From the NCBI GenBank assembly GCA_010015585.1, contig ML975160.1: 64,000 nt of DNA. One strand, 5' to 3'. Source of the DNA: Eremomyces bilateralis CBS 781.70 (taxonomy: Eukaryota). The position numbers and the translations under genes are program-made. Below, piece after piece: positions 48,984 through 62,867 of this stretch (within the stretch, counting starts at the first letter, position 1; each line of letters starts with the position of its first letter). The notes beneath the pieces are model-generated. The model saw only the letters and a list, made by a program, of their open reading frames with translations. It was not told the DNA's origin and did no database searches.

Positions 48984-49344
48984 GATGAAGGGATTAAGAC
49001 TCTAGTCACCAATACTGCCGGATCAAAAAATACTTTGTAGAATGCACTCTTCTCACAACAGACTTAACCATGCCATACAGGCCGTGAACCATCAAATACA
49101 ATTTTCAAATTAATACTGAACTCCGAAAGGCCTGTGTATCGCTAACACAATCCATCCATCTCTAGGCCCACGCGGTTCTCCCTAGTACCCCATGCCAGAA
49201 AACAATATTCCCAGCTACAATACAAACAATAAGCTTTTGAACACCCATCCGCCCAACTCCATCCCGGCAACGATCTAAACCCTTCTGCCTTCGCGCCAAC
49301 AATCCGTGATCAAGGCTTCTGCCTCCTCGCCAGACAACACGCGA

Positions 49345-52300
49345 TCAAGCCTTGTGCCTCCTCGCCAAATAATACGTAATCAGGTTCAGATGCTGCTCCC
49401 TCGCCCCCCCAACCACCTTCCAAAATTCCTCCGCGTCCCCCTTCCCAGCCCCACTGCTCTGCCCCAACCGCTCATGCAATTCAAGACAGAACTCCAGATC
49501 CGCGCGCCGCACGTCCGGATCCGTCGAGTTAAGCAACCGGAGCGCAAGTCTGCCAAGTCGCTGGGTATCGGTGGCGCCGACGCCGAGCGCGCTGCTGGGC
49601 GCGGGGCTGCGGTTGCCTTGCGCGACGCGGAGGAGTTGCCCGAGGACGCTGAGGCCGAGGACGACGACGCGGGCGTCGCCGATGGGGTCCTCTAATGAGG
49701 CGCTCGGGCTCTCGTCGAGGGCGTCGGTTCCAGGCGCCATCCCAATCGCCACCGCTTCCATGACCTCTAATAGGGCGGTGAGGCACTCTTGAACCGGCCC
49801 CATCCGCACCACCTCCTCGGCTGCCCGCTCCAACTCCGCGGCAACGTGTTCGGTGCCTTCATATTCTCTCCTCGCCTGCACGAGCGAGCGTAATGTCGCG
49901 CCCCACAGCGCCGGGGCCATCTCCCTCCGCCGCAGCGCGAGCATCGCGCGGATGGTGACCAGGACCTGCGCCTTGAGACTCTGGGCCTTCTGCGGCACGA
50001 GTTTGAGCTCGGAGGACGGCGCCTCGAGGTAGTCGAGGAGAGCGGTGAGCAGGTCGGCGAACCGGGATGAAGGTTGCGGTTGTTGGTCGGTGGTGGAGTA
50101 CGAATCCGAGGCGAAAATGTCGAGGGTGGTGGAGCCGCGGACGAGGTCTTGCACGCGGCGGAGGCCGTGCGCGTCGAGTGTGCGGGCGCGGATACGCTCA
50201 ATGCCGCTGGTGAGGAGGCGACGGTTGCGTTGGTAGGAGGCGCGGTCTTGGGGGGAGAGGTTTTCGAGGTCGAGGGGAACGGGAGCGGGGGCGGGGTTGC
50301 TGGGGGGTTTGTGGGGGGAGGTGAGGTAGGAGCTGGTGCTGTGGCTGGATGTGGAGTGGGCGCTGGAGAGGTCGCGGCTGTAGGTGTTGGGTTGCTCGTT
50401 GGCGGGGACTTCTTCGAGGACGGGTTTCTGGGGGGAGGATGATGATGGGATAGCGGTTGAGTCGTAGGCTACGAAGGGGTCTTCGTAAACTTTGACTTCG
50501 TCTTCGTCGATCATCTCGGAACCAGCCATAGCGCCGACTCTTGTTCGTTCAGGTGACCGCCGGGTCGGTGAAATCGCCCTTGACCGGACAGGGATTTCGC
50601 TCAGAATGTGGGGAGACATTCTGGGTGTCTCCGATCGTTGAAGACTCATTCGAGGAGCGGGAGAGGCACGGGTGATCGAATTGAGATCCGGGACAACCAT
50701 GGTGAAGCCATCATCTTCGTTCAGGCTGGCAATACCCATATCAACGGACATAGTCTTGTCAAGCGCTGCCCGCTTCCGCGGCGGCCAGCTGGGAGCATGT
50801 TCTCCATCTGCCCCTCCTGGCAACACCATCGTCAAGCTCTCATCCTTGGACGGTGTGCTAGTTGGACTACTTAGCATGGATTGGTCAGTGGCCACGTTTT
50901 TCCTCGTCGCGGTATGTCCAAGGGCGTTCCTGGTCCTTGTTGGACTTCCATGGGTTTGTGCAAGGCGTGCAGGTGTCTTCACAGTGGCTCTACTTGGCAC
51001 GGACTTCTTGACCGTATCTCTGGCTGGGCTATTGTTGGGACTGATAACAGGAGTGCTAGCCTTAACTGCTTTGCGGGATGCGTTTCGGGATGCATACGGA
51101 TCAGCAGTAGCAGGTCGAGGTAGTTCTGGTCGCCGTGGTCGCCGGACCGGACCTGCCTTAAGGCCAGCGTTGGATGTTGCCGATGCGCCAACAGCGGACC
51201 TTGCAGCGGATACCGATACCGAGGGATTTTTCGCCGTTCTTGAGGCGGTGGTCGCTGGGGTATGACTCGTTGATGTGCTTGGTGCCTGTCTTGCGGGAGT
51301 AAACGCAGCTTGAGCAGATATGGGTCGGTCTGGTAGCTTCTTGGTAGCCAATAGTGCGGCCCTCCGCTGTGCTGCGATGGTGTCTCGTAACGTTGATCTT
51401 GATGTGGCCGTTGGCGGCCGCGAAGTCGCAGGTCCAGCAGCACTGCTGAATGAAGCTGACAACGACGCATTAGGATTGGCAGAAGCATTCTCAAGCGCCA
51501 GACGATCCTTTGGTAATAGATTCGACATGATCCTAAGAAAGTTAGTGATTGTACTAATCATGGCAGCGGGACACGTACGCTTCGGCTTTCTGAGGCCAAG
51601 TCTTCGCAAATATCCAGTAAACACCTCGTGTACCCTCCCGGACCTTGGGATTTTGATCTGCAAGTCCCTTCTTGATGCACTTCTCGGTAAGATCCAATCC
51701 ACCGGAATGTTCGAAATGGGTCCGGTGCGGAGAGTGCTTATTGATCAACGTCTTCAACCACCCCGGAGCACACGCTCGTGTTGAGGCGTTCTTATCTTGG
51801 AAGGCGGACCAGACATGCTGCATCAAACGCAAATTGTAGGAGACGTTCTGAAAAATGGCATCCGCCGTCGCGTCCCCGTTCGTCGCGCTGATCTTCTTCG
51901 TATTCGCTGTCATCTTGGTGAAGGATTGCAAGAGGATCTCGGTCATGGAGTCCATCCCGGGACCTAGCAGCTTCACTAGTTCTTGTACCACCAGGCAACC
52001 GTTGGTCGACGTAGTGGTCCGCAAGGAGTTGGCAACCTTCAATATGCCGTCGAGAAGACTTTTGATGCCCACTACGAATGCGCCATGGAAATCGGAAGGT
52101 GCATTGCCCTTGGCAAGACGTCGTATCTTGGTGACGTTCTTATCTCTAGCAATCCAGTTGTGCTCCGACTCCCTCCCTTCGAAATCCGGTAGCATGTTCC
52201 GGAAGTTGTCCTCTAAATCGCGCTGCGTATGAACATATATTGGGTCCATAGGAACGACTTCGACTGCTGGTGGGGGTTCCAATGCAAGGCTGTCGCCTAA

Positions 52301-53163
52301 TGTTGAGTCGGATGGCTTTCGATCCAGTGCCCGAGCATGGAGCGACATGGTGGATGCTTTGAGTTCGGGTTCGGGAGCGTGGTGCGCGGAGTCGAATTGG
52401 GAGCTAATGTAGGAAACGATGGTCTTTCGGACACCATGGGAATTCATTTGTTTTTGGAGGTCCCCTTTGGCATGCTCTGGGGCAGATCTGGTGGAAAGTT
52501 AGCACTGTGTCGAGTGAGGTCGTTAACAGGGGCTTACCGGAAGAGTTCGATGATAGCAGATTTGGCGGACTCGCGAACTTGGCCGTCTGCGTCTTCTAAT
52601 GCTGTGACAAGATATGGGACATAAGCCCGGAACGGTAGCCCTTCTGTTTTGTTCATCTACAACCACATTAGCGGAGGACTGATAAAGGGTCCCGATTGCC
52701 TCACCTTAACTACCCACTGCATCGCCGTCTCCTTCGCTCTCGCATTGTTTCCTTGTAGCGCATTGGCCTTTATGACGTGCTCCACGTCCGCATGATCGTA
52801 CGGCCATATATCCGCGAGCGTCTGGGACGCGGCGGCGCGGTGACTTTCACGCGCATCTCCAAGCCGTTCCAGCAGCAACGGGAACAGCTTATTTGCCTGC
52901 GCGGCAATTGTATTATCCTGGTCTTGCAGATGAAGCCTCTTGATCAAATGGCCGAGAGACGCGAAGCCCGTGGACACCAGCTGGGGGGATGTGTTGGAGC
53001 CGATTGCAATGCGGATGCATTCGAATATGGTAGCCTGCGCGGGTTCGGGGACTCGCAGGTGTTTGATGTCGGACTTGAGCTTGTTGAAGAGGGTGGCTTT
53101 CTGTTCCACGGAGATGGTGGACTTCTTCAGCGCAGTGAGAAGCGCGGCCGCTTGGTCTTCCAT
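49345..53163 (-). CDS. STU1: STU1/CLASP microtubule-associated protein, 4 exons
   Basis: KLKSDIKHLRV, LLERLGD, FEGRESEHNW, SLRTT..TNGC, KGLADQNPKVRE, C-terminal NLITYYLAR. Introns 52657-52704, 52488-52537 and 51533-51578. Confidence 0.93.
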
Positions 53164-53797
53164 TGTGACGAGCTTGCGGGGTAAACCGTAGATTGTTGAC
53201 CTGGTGAGTCTTGCGGTGGTTATGTTTTCCCTTCGGTTCCAGACTCAGTTGAGTTGATGTTGTTGTATGACAGGAGATGTGTTGATGCCTTGTCGCCTTG
53301 TCGCCTTGAGGGATTTGCTGTTGCATTTGTTATTTTGTATTTTTGTAATTTTGTTTACAAGGATCGTGCACGGACTTCCTCCAGTCGTCAATTCTCAAAT
53401 TCGACGTCACTCCTCGATTTGGCATTTGATGAAACGATGCAAGGAGCACTCCGCAACCATGTGCAATAACCATGTGCAAATCAATAATATCCGGAATATC
53501 TTATTGGTATATTGAATACTCTAACGAAATGGGGTTTAAGGCGAGTTTTTTGGGCTATGGCGATATATCTAGGCACCGCGGGTTGGATCGCGAGATCCTC
53601 GTTAATGACCTCGACGCGTCTCCGACCCATATCTTCGTGTCACCTTCGTGTCACCTTACGCAGTGGAACTATTATCGTGACGCCTTCGGGTAGTATTGGA
53701 CTGAAATGGGGTTGTACCAAAGCAAAAAAGTTGCTCGTGGCTATTCCTTTAATCAAACCCACGATTACCCGCAACGCACCTTGAGTCCAGCTCCAGG

Positions 53798-55243
53798 TCA
53801 AGTGTCAGGAATCACAAACATAATCGCGATACCCATGATATTCTCCAGCGCTCCATCCATTCCCCTCTCGGGTTCATACAGCCCATAGTCATACGTCGCC
53901 TTGATCTCCCATTTCTGCCCTTTCGCCAACTCCCTCTCAATTAGATCGGTGCCGATTATCGGCGACATCCCACTGAGATGTGTGGTCTGGTTAGAGCCGT
54001 GGCCGTGGCCCGTCTCCCCGCGATTGGGATCGTGGTCCGGCACGGCAACGGTGTACTCGGTATACGACGCGTTGGAAACTCCTATCGACCGCCCGTCGAC
54101 GGATACGATGACCGACGTGCCACCGTCATGGAGATGGCCGCCGAAGCCGATGATTTCGGCGTCAAAGTCGGGTGTCCATGGGGGAGAGGTGATTTCGAAA
54201 GAGTCGGAGTCACGAGGAGATGGGAGCTAGGTCCAGGTATCAGTCCATAGACGGCCTCGCGATGATAGGAACACCACGACATACCTCACTCGTCCCACAC
54301 TTCACAATATCGAACCAAATCGGCCTCACATCCGCATACCCCTCCGGATCCCCCTCGACATAATCATACGTCACCGTCAAATACACCACCTTATCCTCCA
54401 TATTCTCATTCATAAAGTCCACGATCACCGCCATCTGATCCTCCTCCCGCAGCCGATACCCTGCGATCCGACTCGCCCCGTAGAACGCCGCCAACGTCTT
54501 CTCGTTCCCGCTCGAGAAGAACCGTTCCGCATTCCTCGGCGTCTCCCCAATGATCTTGTGCGGAAGACTCACCTCCTCGCCCCCGCACGTCGCGTCCGTT
54601 CGCCCCTCTCCGACCACGAAATGCACGTAGTGGTGCAGCCACATGCCATTCGTCACATTAGCAGACGACCCGTCCGCGTATTCGAGGTCCGCGTTCACCC
54701 CGACGATGCGGCAGTCATCGCACGGCTTGTCGATATTGAGGTCCGGGTAGTTGTACAGCATTCCACCGTGGCCGCCGAAGTTGCCGGTTTCCGTCATGTT
54801 AGGCACGTTGTAAGGCCCGTAGCGGAGCTTGACGGTTTTGGAGTTGGGGTGCCAGAATTCGATGCGGGGGGTAAGGGGTTGCCGGCGGGGGGCGGCGTTG
54901 GGTGGGTCGGGGACTTTGCCAGCGTGGGGAGCTGGGGGTGTTAGATTTACGGGTTTGAGGTCCACGGTGGTGAAGGATGCCTACGGTTCAAGAGGGTAGC
55001 GATATCAGCGCCGTCGGCATGCTGGGCTAGAAGTTTATCGATAGTGGATTTCCCCTGTCCCCCTGGGAGTGCGCCCATAACATAGTCGTTATCTGGGGCA
55101 GTATCGTTGCCAGACGAGGGACTGACTGCTTGTCTTCGGTTGAATCGGTGGGACACTGGTTCCGGCTCAGTTCTACCCGTATACGCAGCACACGAGCCGA
55201 GCGCCGACCAGAAAGCCAAGGAAACGAGACTGATGCTCTTCAT
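53798..55243 (-). CDS. Secreted 444-aa protein with PHM/DBH-like copper-monooxygenase motif arrangement, 3 exons
   Basis: Introns 54932-54984 and 54227-54284 give an open 1335-nt CDS. Signal peptide, RR site, LRYGPY, WLHH, GHLHDGG, IKATYD, ENIMGI. Gene model is solid; the family assignment is inference. Confidence 0.8.
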
Positions 55244-56187
55244 TTTATGGACACTGTTTGAATGAAGTAGAGATCAGAACGGATGGATGAATGGGGCGTC
55301 GGAACTTTTCTAACTGAAGAGGAGTCGAAAGGAAAGACATCCGACTTCTGGATGACAAATTCCGTGAGAACTTCTCTCTTGGTAAAATTATATAAGGTAG
55401 GCGATCGAAACGAACCATCTACATGGCAATATAATCCATGACGACTACCATAATTCATTCATGACGACTGGAACCACTGGCGTGTACCAACACGACCACC
55501 GGCTCCGAGCCAATTCGCCTCGGAAGCGACGAAACATGTGAACCACGACCGCCAACGAACCTCCCAAATGAATTCCGAGAGTACATCTGCGAAGCTGGGT
55601 GGCTTTGATTACATCGTATAAAACGGGCCATACGGACGGAATTGCCCTATTTGATATGCGTCTGAACCGGACCCCGGCCAAGAATCCCGATCGACGAACC
55701 GCAACGGATCTTCACGAGGCGATCGAGATGCCGGTTGGACGCCGGGTAAATTGGGGACTCTGGGGGTCGTTAGCATTGGGGTTGGGGATATTGATGCGTA
55801 ATATGCGCCTACAGAAACCTGGGGTGACGCCGGGAATGGGCGTCTGGAGTTAATTAACCTGCTACGGACCATTCCGCGGGGACGGCATGCGATCGGTGGA
55901 CTTCCATCCGGATTTCGAAAATGTTGCCGAATTCTTATAGCTGGAAACCGCTTTGCGGCAATTACGAAGATAGTTATCTTTAGGGCACTCGAATGGGGTT
56001 CGGCGCGTTGGTCACGCCAGGCTTCTGATCGCTTCTAGGACGTTTCGCAGCTCCGACAGACAAGCTCGAAATCCTCACGACCTACAGCTTTGTTAGGTCG
56101 ATTCCATCGAATCCAGGCCGGCCGAACGGGGGATGTATCCGTGTATTAAGTAGTAAAATTACAGTCTATCGTACAATCGCACGTTCA

Positions 56188-57177
56188 TCATGACGGGCTA
56201 TTCTTCTCCTCTCTCGCCTCCGCCCTCGCTTCCCCTTTTCTCCTCGGATCCTCCGCCTCCTCCACCTCCTTCGCCTTGATGTCACGTTCCACCTGGTCAA
56301 CCGCCCGCTCGATCTCTACCTCCATGTTCGGAAGCTTCAGCTGGTCGGCGAGGAGCTTCCCGTTCCAGCGCCGGAGGAGCATGACTTCTTTGGCGTCCGG
56401 TTGCTTCTCAGCGTCTATGTTGTCGGCGAGCTTGGCAGTTTGATCGGGGGTGGGGGTGGGTGCGGCGCGGGATTTGAAGGGGGATCTGTGCATGAGGCCG
56501 GCGGTATACATCTGGTCAAGGATGGGGGATGGGTGGTATTTCAGGAGGTCGTTCTTGAGGAGGAACTCGAGGTGTTTGGAACCAGACCAAGCTGCAAGTG
56601 TTAGGAGTGGTCAAGTGACGATATAGCACGGATGACTCACCTCTCCAATGTGACCATGCACGGAACGCGAGGTAGAAGAATGGGAAATTCGGTATTCTGC
56701 CGCCTCGTCAGTAACTGGACACCCACCCCACGGAACGACTTACATGGGAATCAGGGCAAACGGCGCAGCCAACGGCATCCCACCAAAACTCCACCACATC
56801 TTCCCCCGGTGCAACCCCTGCCTCTCAGTCGCAATCCTCTCCAAAATCCACGGCGCATGCCCCTCCTCCAAAAACGCCCCGGGATACAGCACCTCAACCC
56901 GTCTCCTACCCCCCTTCAAATCCCCCTTCCGCTTCGCCAGCGGCGGAACCGTCTTCAGCCCCCATTCCTCGAACGGGATGCGGTTTAGCAGGATGCTGCC
57001 GTAATGTGTGACGGACTTCTTCCAGCCTTTGTCGGTGCGCTCCCAGTTGGTCCAGGTGGTGGAGGCTTTGTCGACGGCGCGGTCGACGAGAGATTTTTGG
57101 CGGGCTTCGTGTACGGAGAGACGCTCGCAGTAGATTAGGGTGCGGCGCGTGGAGATGGGGAGGAGGTAGATACGCAT
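56188..57177 (-). CDS. Mitochondrial K+/H+ exchange-related protein (Mit_KHE1 / YDL183C-like), 3 exons
   Basis: MRIYLLPISTRRTLIYC, RIPFEEWGLKTVP, APFALIP|IPNFPFFYLAFRAWSHWR, EIERAVDQV. Confidence 0.85.
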
Positions 57178-57730
57178 TGCGCTGTTCGACGGGATGAGAT
57201 GGGAGAGTTAGAGGATCGTAGTTCGTGGGGGATTGGTGGCGTCGATGGGGTTCATGGTTGCGGTTTCAGGGGGTGGAAGCCATTGCGAATCGTACAGCTC
57301 ATGCTAGAACAACGGAAATGTTGGTGGGAAGCACTGTCGAATTATCCTGAAGTTGTCGTATCGCCGAAAACGTCATCAGGAACATTTCCATAGCTGCTGG
57401 TCCGAGCGCCTCTCGCAGGTTTTAGTGATTTAGTCTGGAGCTGCACGTGGTGGCTGGTGATAATACGAGCTAGACCACTCACCCTGAGGAGTGAGGCAGG
57501 ATAACGATGTTATTATGCGGTTCATAAACAATGCAGTTCATTATGTCGGGAATATATTTGCTTAAAACATCAGTTTTGTCCTTCATCGCCATATATCCCA
57601 CCGAAACCACTCTCACTGCCTCCTTTTCCTAATCACTCCCCGTTCCGGTGAACGCATGCGACCCCCGGCTTGACCGATGAGCAACGCACAATAACACCCC
57701 CTCTGATAACTTCTATCACGACTTCAAGAT

Positions 57731-59116
57731 ATGTTCGGTGGCACGGTGGGCGGAAATACCGGGAATCCCCGTCCCCGTGGATCCCTATCGCGCTCTTCAC
57801 ACTCTCGATCCCCCGACCCAACCCGGAAACAGCAGTCTCCACCACCGACACAGAGCGACCTGGGGAGGATGGTCGGTGACGATGGAAACGAGAGAAGAAA
57901 CAGCAGAGCCAGCCCGATTTCGGACCGGAACCCCGAATCCCGGCGCAATCCTACAACAAGACAGATCAAGGAGAAGCAGCGGCTAATACGAACTCTTCCT
58001 CGTAAGTCATCCGACTCCCAGCGTCACGATAGGCACTAATCCCGTCCCTCAGCATGGGTCCACACCCCCGACGACGACGACATCTTCTCCGAACCCACCG
58101 ACCGCCTCCTCCCTAAGATCCCGCACAACGCCCTCGCCGCCTCCCACAACCACACTCCCACCCCCAAAGCCAACGCCGTCCCCGGCCGGCAATATGACCA
58201 CGAGCGCGAGCGCGTCACGGTGGCGCCGAGGCAGCCGGTGAGCGAGAGCGCGTTGCGGTGGAAGCGCTTCGTGCGGGCGTCCGCGCCGCACCATCGGGGG
58301 GTCTCCTGGGACGACTCGGAGGTGGTGGATGCGGAGTGGATGGAGGAGAACTTTCCGGACTTGGAGCAGCCGTGGAATCCGGAGAAGGAAGAGAGTGAGG
58401 AGGAGAAGGATCCGCGGTACTGGTTGTTCAGTCCAAATAAGCGGAAGCAGCGGATGTCGGATATACAGGTATGCATGGTTCCATTTTTATTGATCTTCAT
58501 TTTTGCGTTGGGCGCGCCGCTCGTGGGATGGTGACATGCTAACGTATATATCTGCCAGCGAGTCTTCATGCGCAACCCCATCATTCCCCTTATCATCCGC
58601 CTCACCGTCCTCACCTTCTCCACCCTCGCTCTCGGCCTCGCAGGTTCCATCTACCAACTTGCCTCCACCACCGGCTGCGAGAAAGGCTCCTCCACCTGGC
58701 TCGCGCTTATCCTCGACGCCTGCGCCATCGTCTACACCGTCGGGATTACCTACGACGAGTACAGCAGCAAGCCGCTCGGGCTGCGGTCGCACCGGGCGAA
58801 GATGCGGCTGCTGTTTCTGGATCTGTTTTTCATTGTGTTCGATTCGGCGAATATTAGTCTGGCGTTCGCGGCGCTGACGGATCGCCAGTGGGCGTGTAAG
58901 GAGGGGATGAGGGGGGATCTGAGCTCGTTGAGGTGTCCATCGAATGGGCAGATCTGCGCGAGGCAGAAGGCGTTGACGGCGGTGTTGCTGGTGGCGCTGG
59001 TGGCTTGGTTATCGACGTTTGCGATTAGCACGTTAAGGTATGTCTCTTTGAATATTTATGGTTATATTATGCTAACGTCTTCGGATAGGGTACTTGATCG
59101 GGTTGTAGATAGATAA
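57731..59116 (+). CDS. SRF1: Regulator of phospholipase D SRF1, multi-exon membrane protein
   Basis: RTLP|PWV via intron 58002-58052; NPIIPLIIR; YDEYSSKPLGLR...KMRLLFLDLFFIVFDSANISLAF; ICARQKAL. Start could alternatively be 57869. Confidence 0.88.
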
Positions 59117-60002
59117 TATCAAATTTACTGTATAATGATGATGCCTTGCTATCCCTTGCTACCGAAGTGGAATGATACAAGATTGAGACGGTGGATAATT
59201 GTGCTTATCGCCCGAGTTATTGACGTTCACCATGGCCACAAGCAAAATATGGGATTCTTGTGAGTACTGTATACATCAGGATATTTCCGCACGCAGTCCT
59301 CCAATCACGATGGAGTGATGATCGTAATATGCACGGGTAGATGTGGATGAGGATATCGCTGGTGATTACTTATTCTGGCAAATAAAATACGCCGTCGGCG
59401 CTAGCGTATCAGTGGCGTATTGAATTTCTGCATATTATTGGCTAATTGACGATTACGAAATCGTTGTGGGATACGTGCACACACACAATCGCCGCACTGT
59501 AAACCATCCGCTGACGATATCAAGTCCAATATTGAAGAAGAGTCATCCACGAGTGGCCATAGAGGCATAGAGATAGCATCTAGAGCGAATGTGACTTATA
59601 AATCGATGGTGAATGCGAATAGCCTAGTGACATCGCTCGTAAATTGCCCCCCGCTGCGCAGCGCTTAGCGAACCTCGATCGTAAATCCGAAGCAAGCTTG
59701 CCCCACCAACCGCTTCGAAATCCACACAACGACGGAATCCATCGAACCTCACCACCCACCTCATCCTCCAAAACTTTTCCCTTTCACCTCAGCCCATCCC
59801 CCACCTCTTCCCTTCTTCTTTCTCACCCACACATCTCGAATCCGTCCTGGGAATTCTGTCGAACTGCACACGCAGATCGTCACTTGTCCTTGACTTAGAT
59901 TCTTTGGCTTTATCAGGACCGCAAAAATCCTCGGACAGAAGCGGGGTACAAACATCCATCATCAAGAAACACTCAGGAAATCGTTAATCGAAGACCGCAA
60001 TC

Positions 60003-62867
60003 ATGGTGAAGTAAGTCCATCCGATCCATTATTGGCATTTGTCTGCTTTTCCGTGCATCCGATGCGCATGGATGTCTATATATGCCGTGTAGCAGCATCG
60101 GGTATAATGTGGAGTGAGCGCTAACGATATGTCTACAGCTTCACTATCGAAGAGGTACCAATATTTGCCAAGCAACGTCAGGCAAGAATGTATACTCACA
60201 GCTCATTAGATCCGTGGGCTCATGGACACGCCCGAGAATATCCGCAACATGTCGGTTATTGCTCACGGTAAGTGATGGCACCCCCCCACCGGCCACACAA
60301 TGCTAATCATCACACAGTCGACCACGGCAAGTCCACCCTCACCGACTCGCTTGTCCAGCACGCCGGTATCATCTCCGCCTCCAAAGCTGGTGAGGCCCGA
60401 TACACCGATACCCGTCCCGATGAGCAGGAGCGTGGTGTGACCATCAAGTCCACGGCCATCTCCCTGTACGGCACCCTCAAAGACGAGGAGGACATGAAGG
60501 ATATTCCGGTCAAGGTCACCAAGAACGAGTTCTTGATCAACTTGATCGACTCTCCCGGTCACGTTGATTTCTCATCTGAGGTCACTGCCGCGCTCCGTGT
60601 CACTGATGGTGCGCTCGTCGTCGTCGACACTATCGAGGGTGTGTGCGTGCAGACTGAGACGGTGCTCCGACAGGCGCTTGGTGAACGTATCAAGCCCGTC
60701 GTCATCATCAACAAAGTCGATCGCGCCTTGCTCGAACTCCAGTTGGGCAAGGAGGACTTGTACCAGAATTTCTCCCGTGTCATCGAGTCAGTCAACGTCG
60801 TCATTGCGACGTACTATGACAAGGCTCTGGGTGATTGCCAGGTCTATCCTGACAAGGGTACCGTTGCTTTCGGATCCGGCCTTCACGGCTGGGCTTTCAC
60901 CATCCGAAAGTTCGCGACCATGTATTCCAAGAAGTTCGGTGTGGACAAGCAGAAGATGATGGCTCGTCTTTGGGTAAGCGAACTTATATCCCTTGAATGT
61001 AACAACTAGAATTAACCTTTGGATAGGGCGACAACTTCTTCAACCCCAAAACCAAGAAGTGGACCAAGAGTAGTGAAGGTGGCCTCGAGCGATCTTTCAA
61101 CACTTTCATCCTCGACCCCATCTTCCGCATCTTCGATGCTGTTGGCAAGAACAAGAGGGAGGATATCGCCAAGCTGGTGGAGAAGCTCGAAATCAAGCTC
61201 ACCAGCGACGAGAAAGATCTCGAGGGCAAGGCCATCCTCAAGATCATCATGCGCAAGTTCCTTCCCGCCGCTGAGGCGCTCATGGAGATGTTGATCATCC
61301 ATCTTCCGTCGCCGAAGGAGGCCCAGGCTTACCGTATGGAGACTCTCTACGAGGGTCCTCATGACGATGAGAGCGCCATCGGTATCCGTGACTGCGATCC
61401 CAAGGGTCCTCTCATGCTGTACGTCTCCAAGATGGTGCCGACCTCCGACAAGGGTCGATTCTATGCCTTCGGTCGTGTCTTCTCCGGTACCGTCCGCTCC
61501 GGTCTCAAGGTCCGCATCCAGGGACCCAACTACACTCCCGGCCGCAGGGAAGATTTGTTCATCAAGTCCATCCAGCGTACCGTGCTGATGATGGGTCGTC
61601 TCACCGAGCCCATCGAGGATTGCCCGGCCGGAAACATTCTGGGTCTGGTCGGTATCGATCAGTTCCTGCTCAAGTCGGGTACCCTCACCACCAGCGAGAC
61701 GGCCCACAACCTGAAGGTCATGAAGTTCTCCGTCTCCCCCGTCGTTCGGCGCTCCGTCGAGGTCAAGAACGCCAACGATCTTCCCAAGCTCGTCGAAGGT
61801 CTCAAGCGTCTGTCCAAGTCCGATCCTTGCGTGTTGACCATGATCTCCGACACCGGCGAGCACATCGTCGCCGGTGCCGGTGAGCTCCATTTGGAAATTT
61901 GCTTGAAGGATCTCGAGGAGGACCACGCCGGTGTCCCTCTCCGTATCTCCGACCCAGTCGTGCAGTACCGTGAGACCGTCGCCTCCCTGTCAAGGATCAC
62001 GGCCCTCTCCAAGTCCCCCAACAAGCACAATCGTCTGTACATGACCGCGCAGCCCCTCGACGAGGAGGTCTCCAAGGACATCGAGTCCGGCAAGATCGGA
62101 CCGCGCGACGACTTCAAGGCGCGCGCACGCATCCTCGCCGACGACCACGGCTGGGACGTCACCGACGCACGCAAGATCTGGTGCTTCGGCCCTGACACCA
62201 ACGGCGCCAATCTCCTCGTCGACCAGACCAAGGCCGTCCAGTACCTCAACGAAATCAAGGACTCCGTCGTCTCCGGTTTCCAGTGGGCCACCAAGGAAGG
62301 TCCCGTCGCTGAGGAGCCCATGCGCTCCGTCCGCTTCAACATCATGGACGTCACTCTGCACGCCGACGCCATCCATCGCGGCGGTGGACAAATCATCCCG
62401 ACCGCCCGTCGCGCACTCTACGCCGCAGCGCTCCTCGCCGAGCCCTCGCTGCTCGAGCCCGTCTACCTTGTTGAGATCCAGGTCCCCGAGCAAGCCATGG
62501 GCGGCATCTACGGCGTGCTCACCCGCAAGCGCGGCCACGTCTTCGAGGAGGCCCAGCGTCCCGGCACCCCGCTGTTCAACGTCAAGGCGTACCTCCCCGT
62601 CAAGGAGTCGTTCGGATTCACCGCCGACCTGCGCGCCGCCACCAGTGGCCAGGCGTTCCCGCAGTCCGTGTTCGATCATTGGCAGGTGCTGCCGGGTGGA
62701 TCGCCGCTCGACCGGACGACGCTGCCGGGTCAGGTTGTGGAGGAGATGCGCAAGAGGAAGGGAATCAAGGTCGAAGTTCCGGGTGTCGAGAACGTAAGTT
62801 ATCCCACGTCATCCATGCCTCATGAAACCACCACTAACCATCATCGCAGTACTACGACAAGTTGTAA
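60003..62867 (+). CDS. EFT2: Translation elongation factor 2, 6 exons
   Basis: MVN|FTIEE|IRGLM...[27 protein letters not shown], diphthamide loop [14 protein letters not shown], final exon YYDKL* at 62850-62867. Confidence 0.98.

Noticed and set aside
36560..49000. Starship element
   Set aside because: No recognisable DUF3435 tyrosine recombinase or boundary repeats; cannot be supported without comparative data.
60011..60138. Intronic snoRNA in EF-2 intron 1
   Set aside because: No C/D box pair or convincing H/ACA layout.
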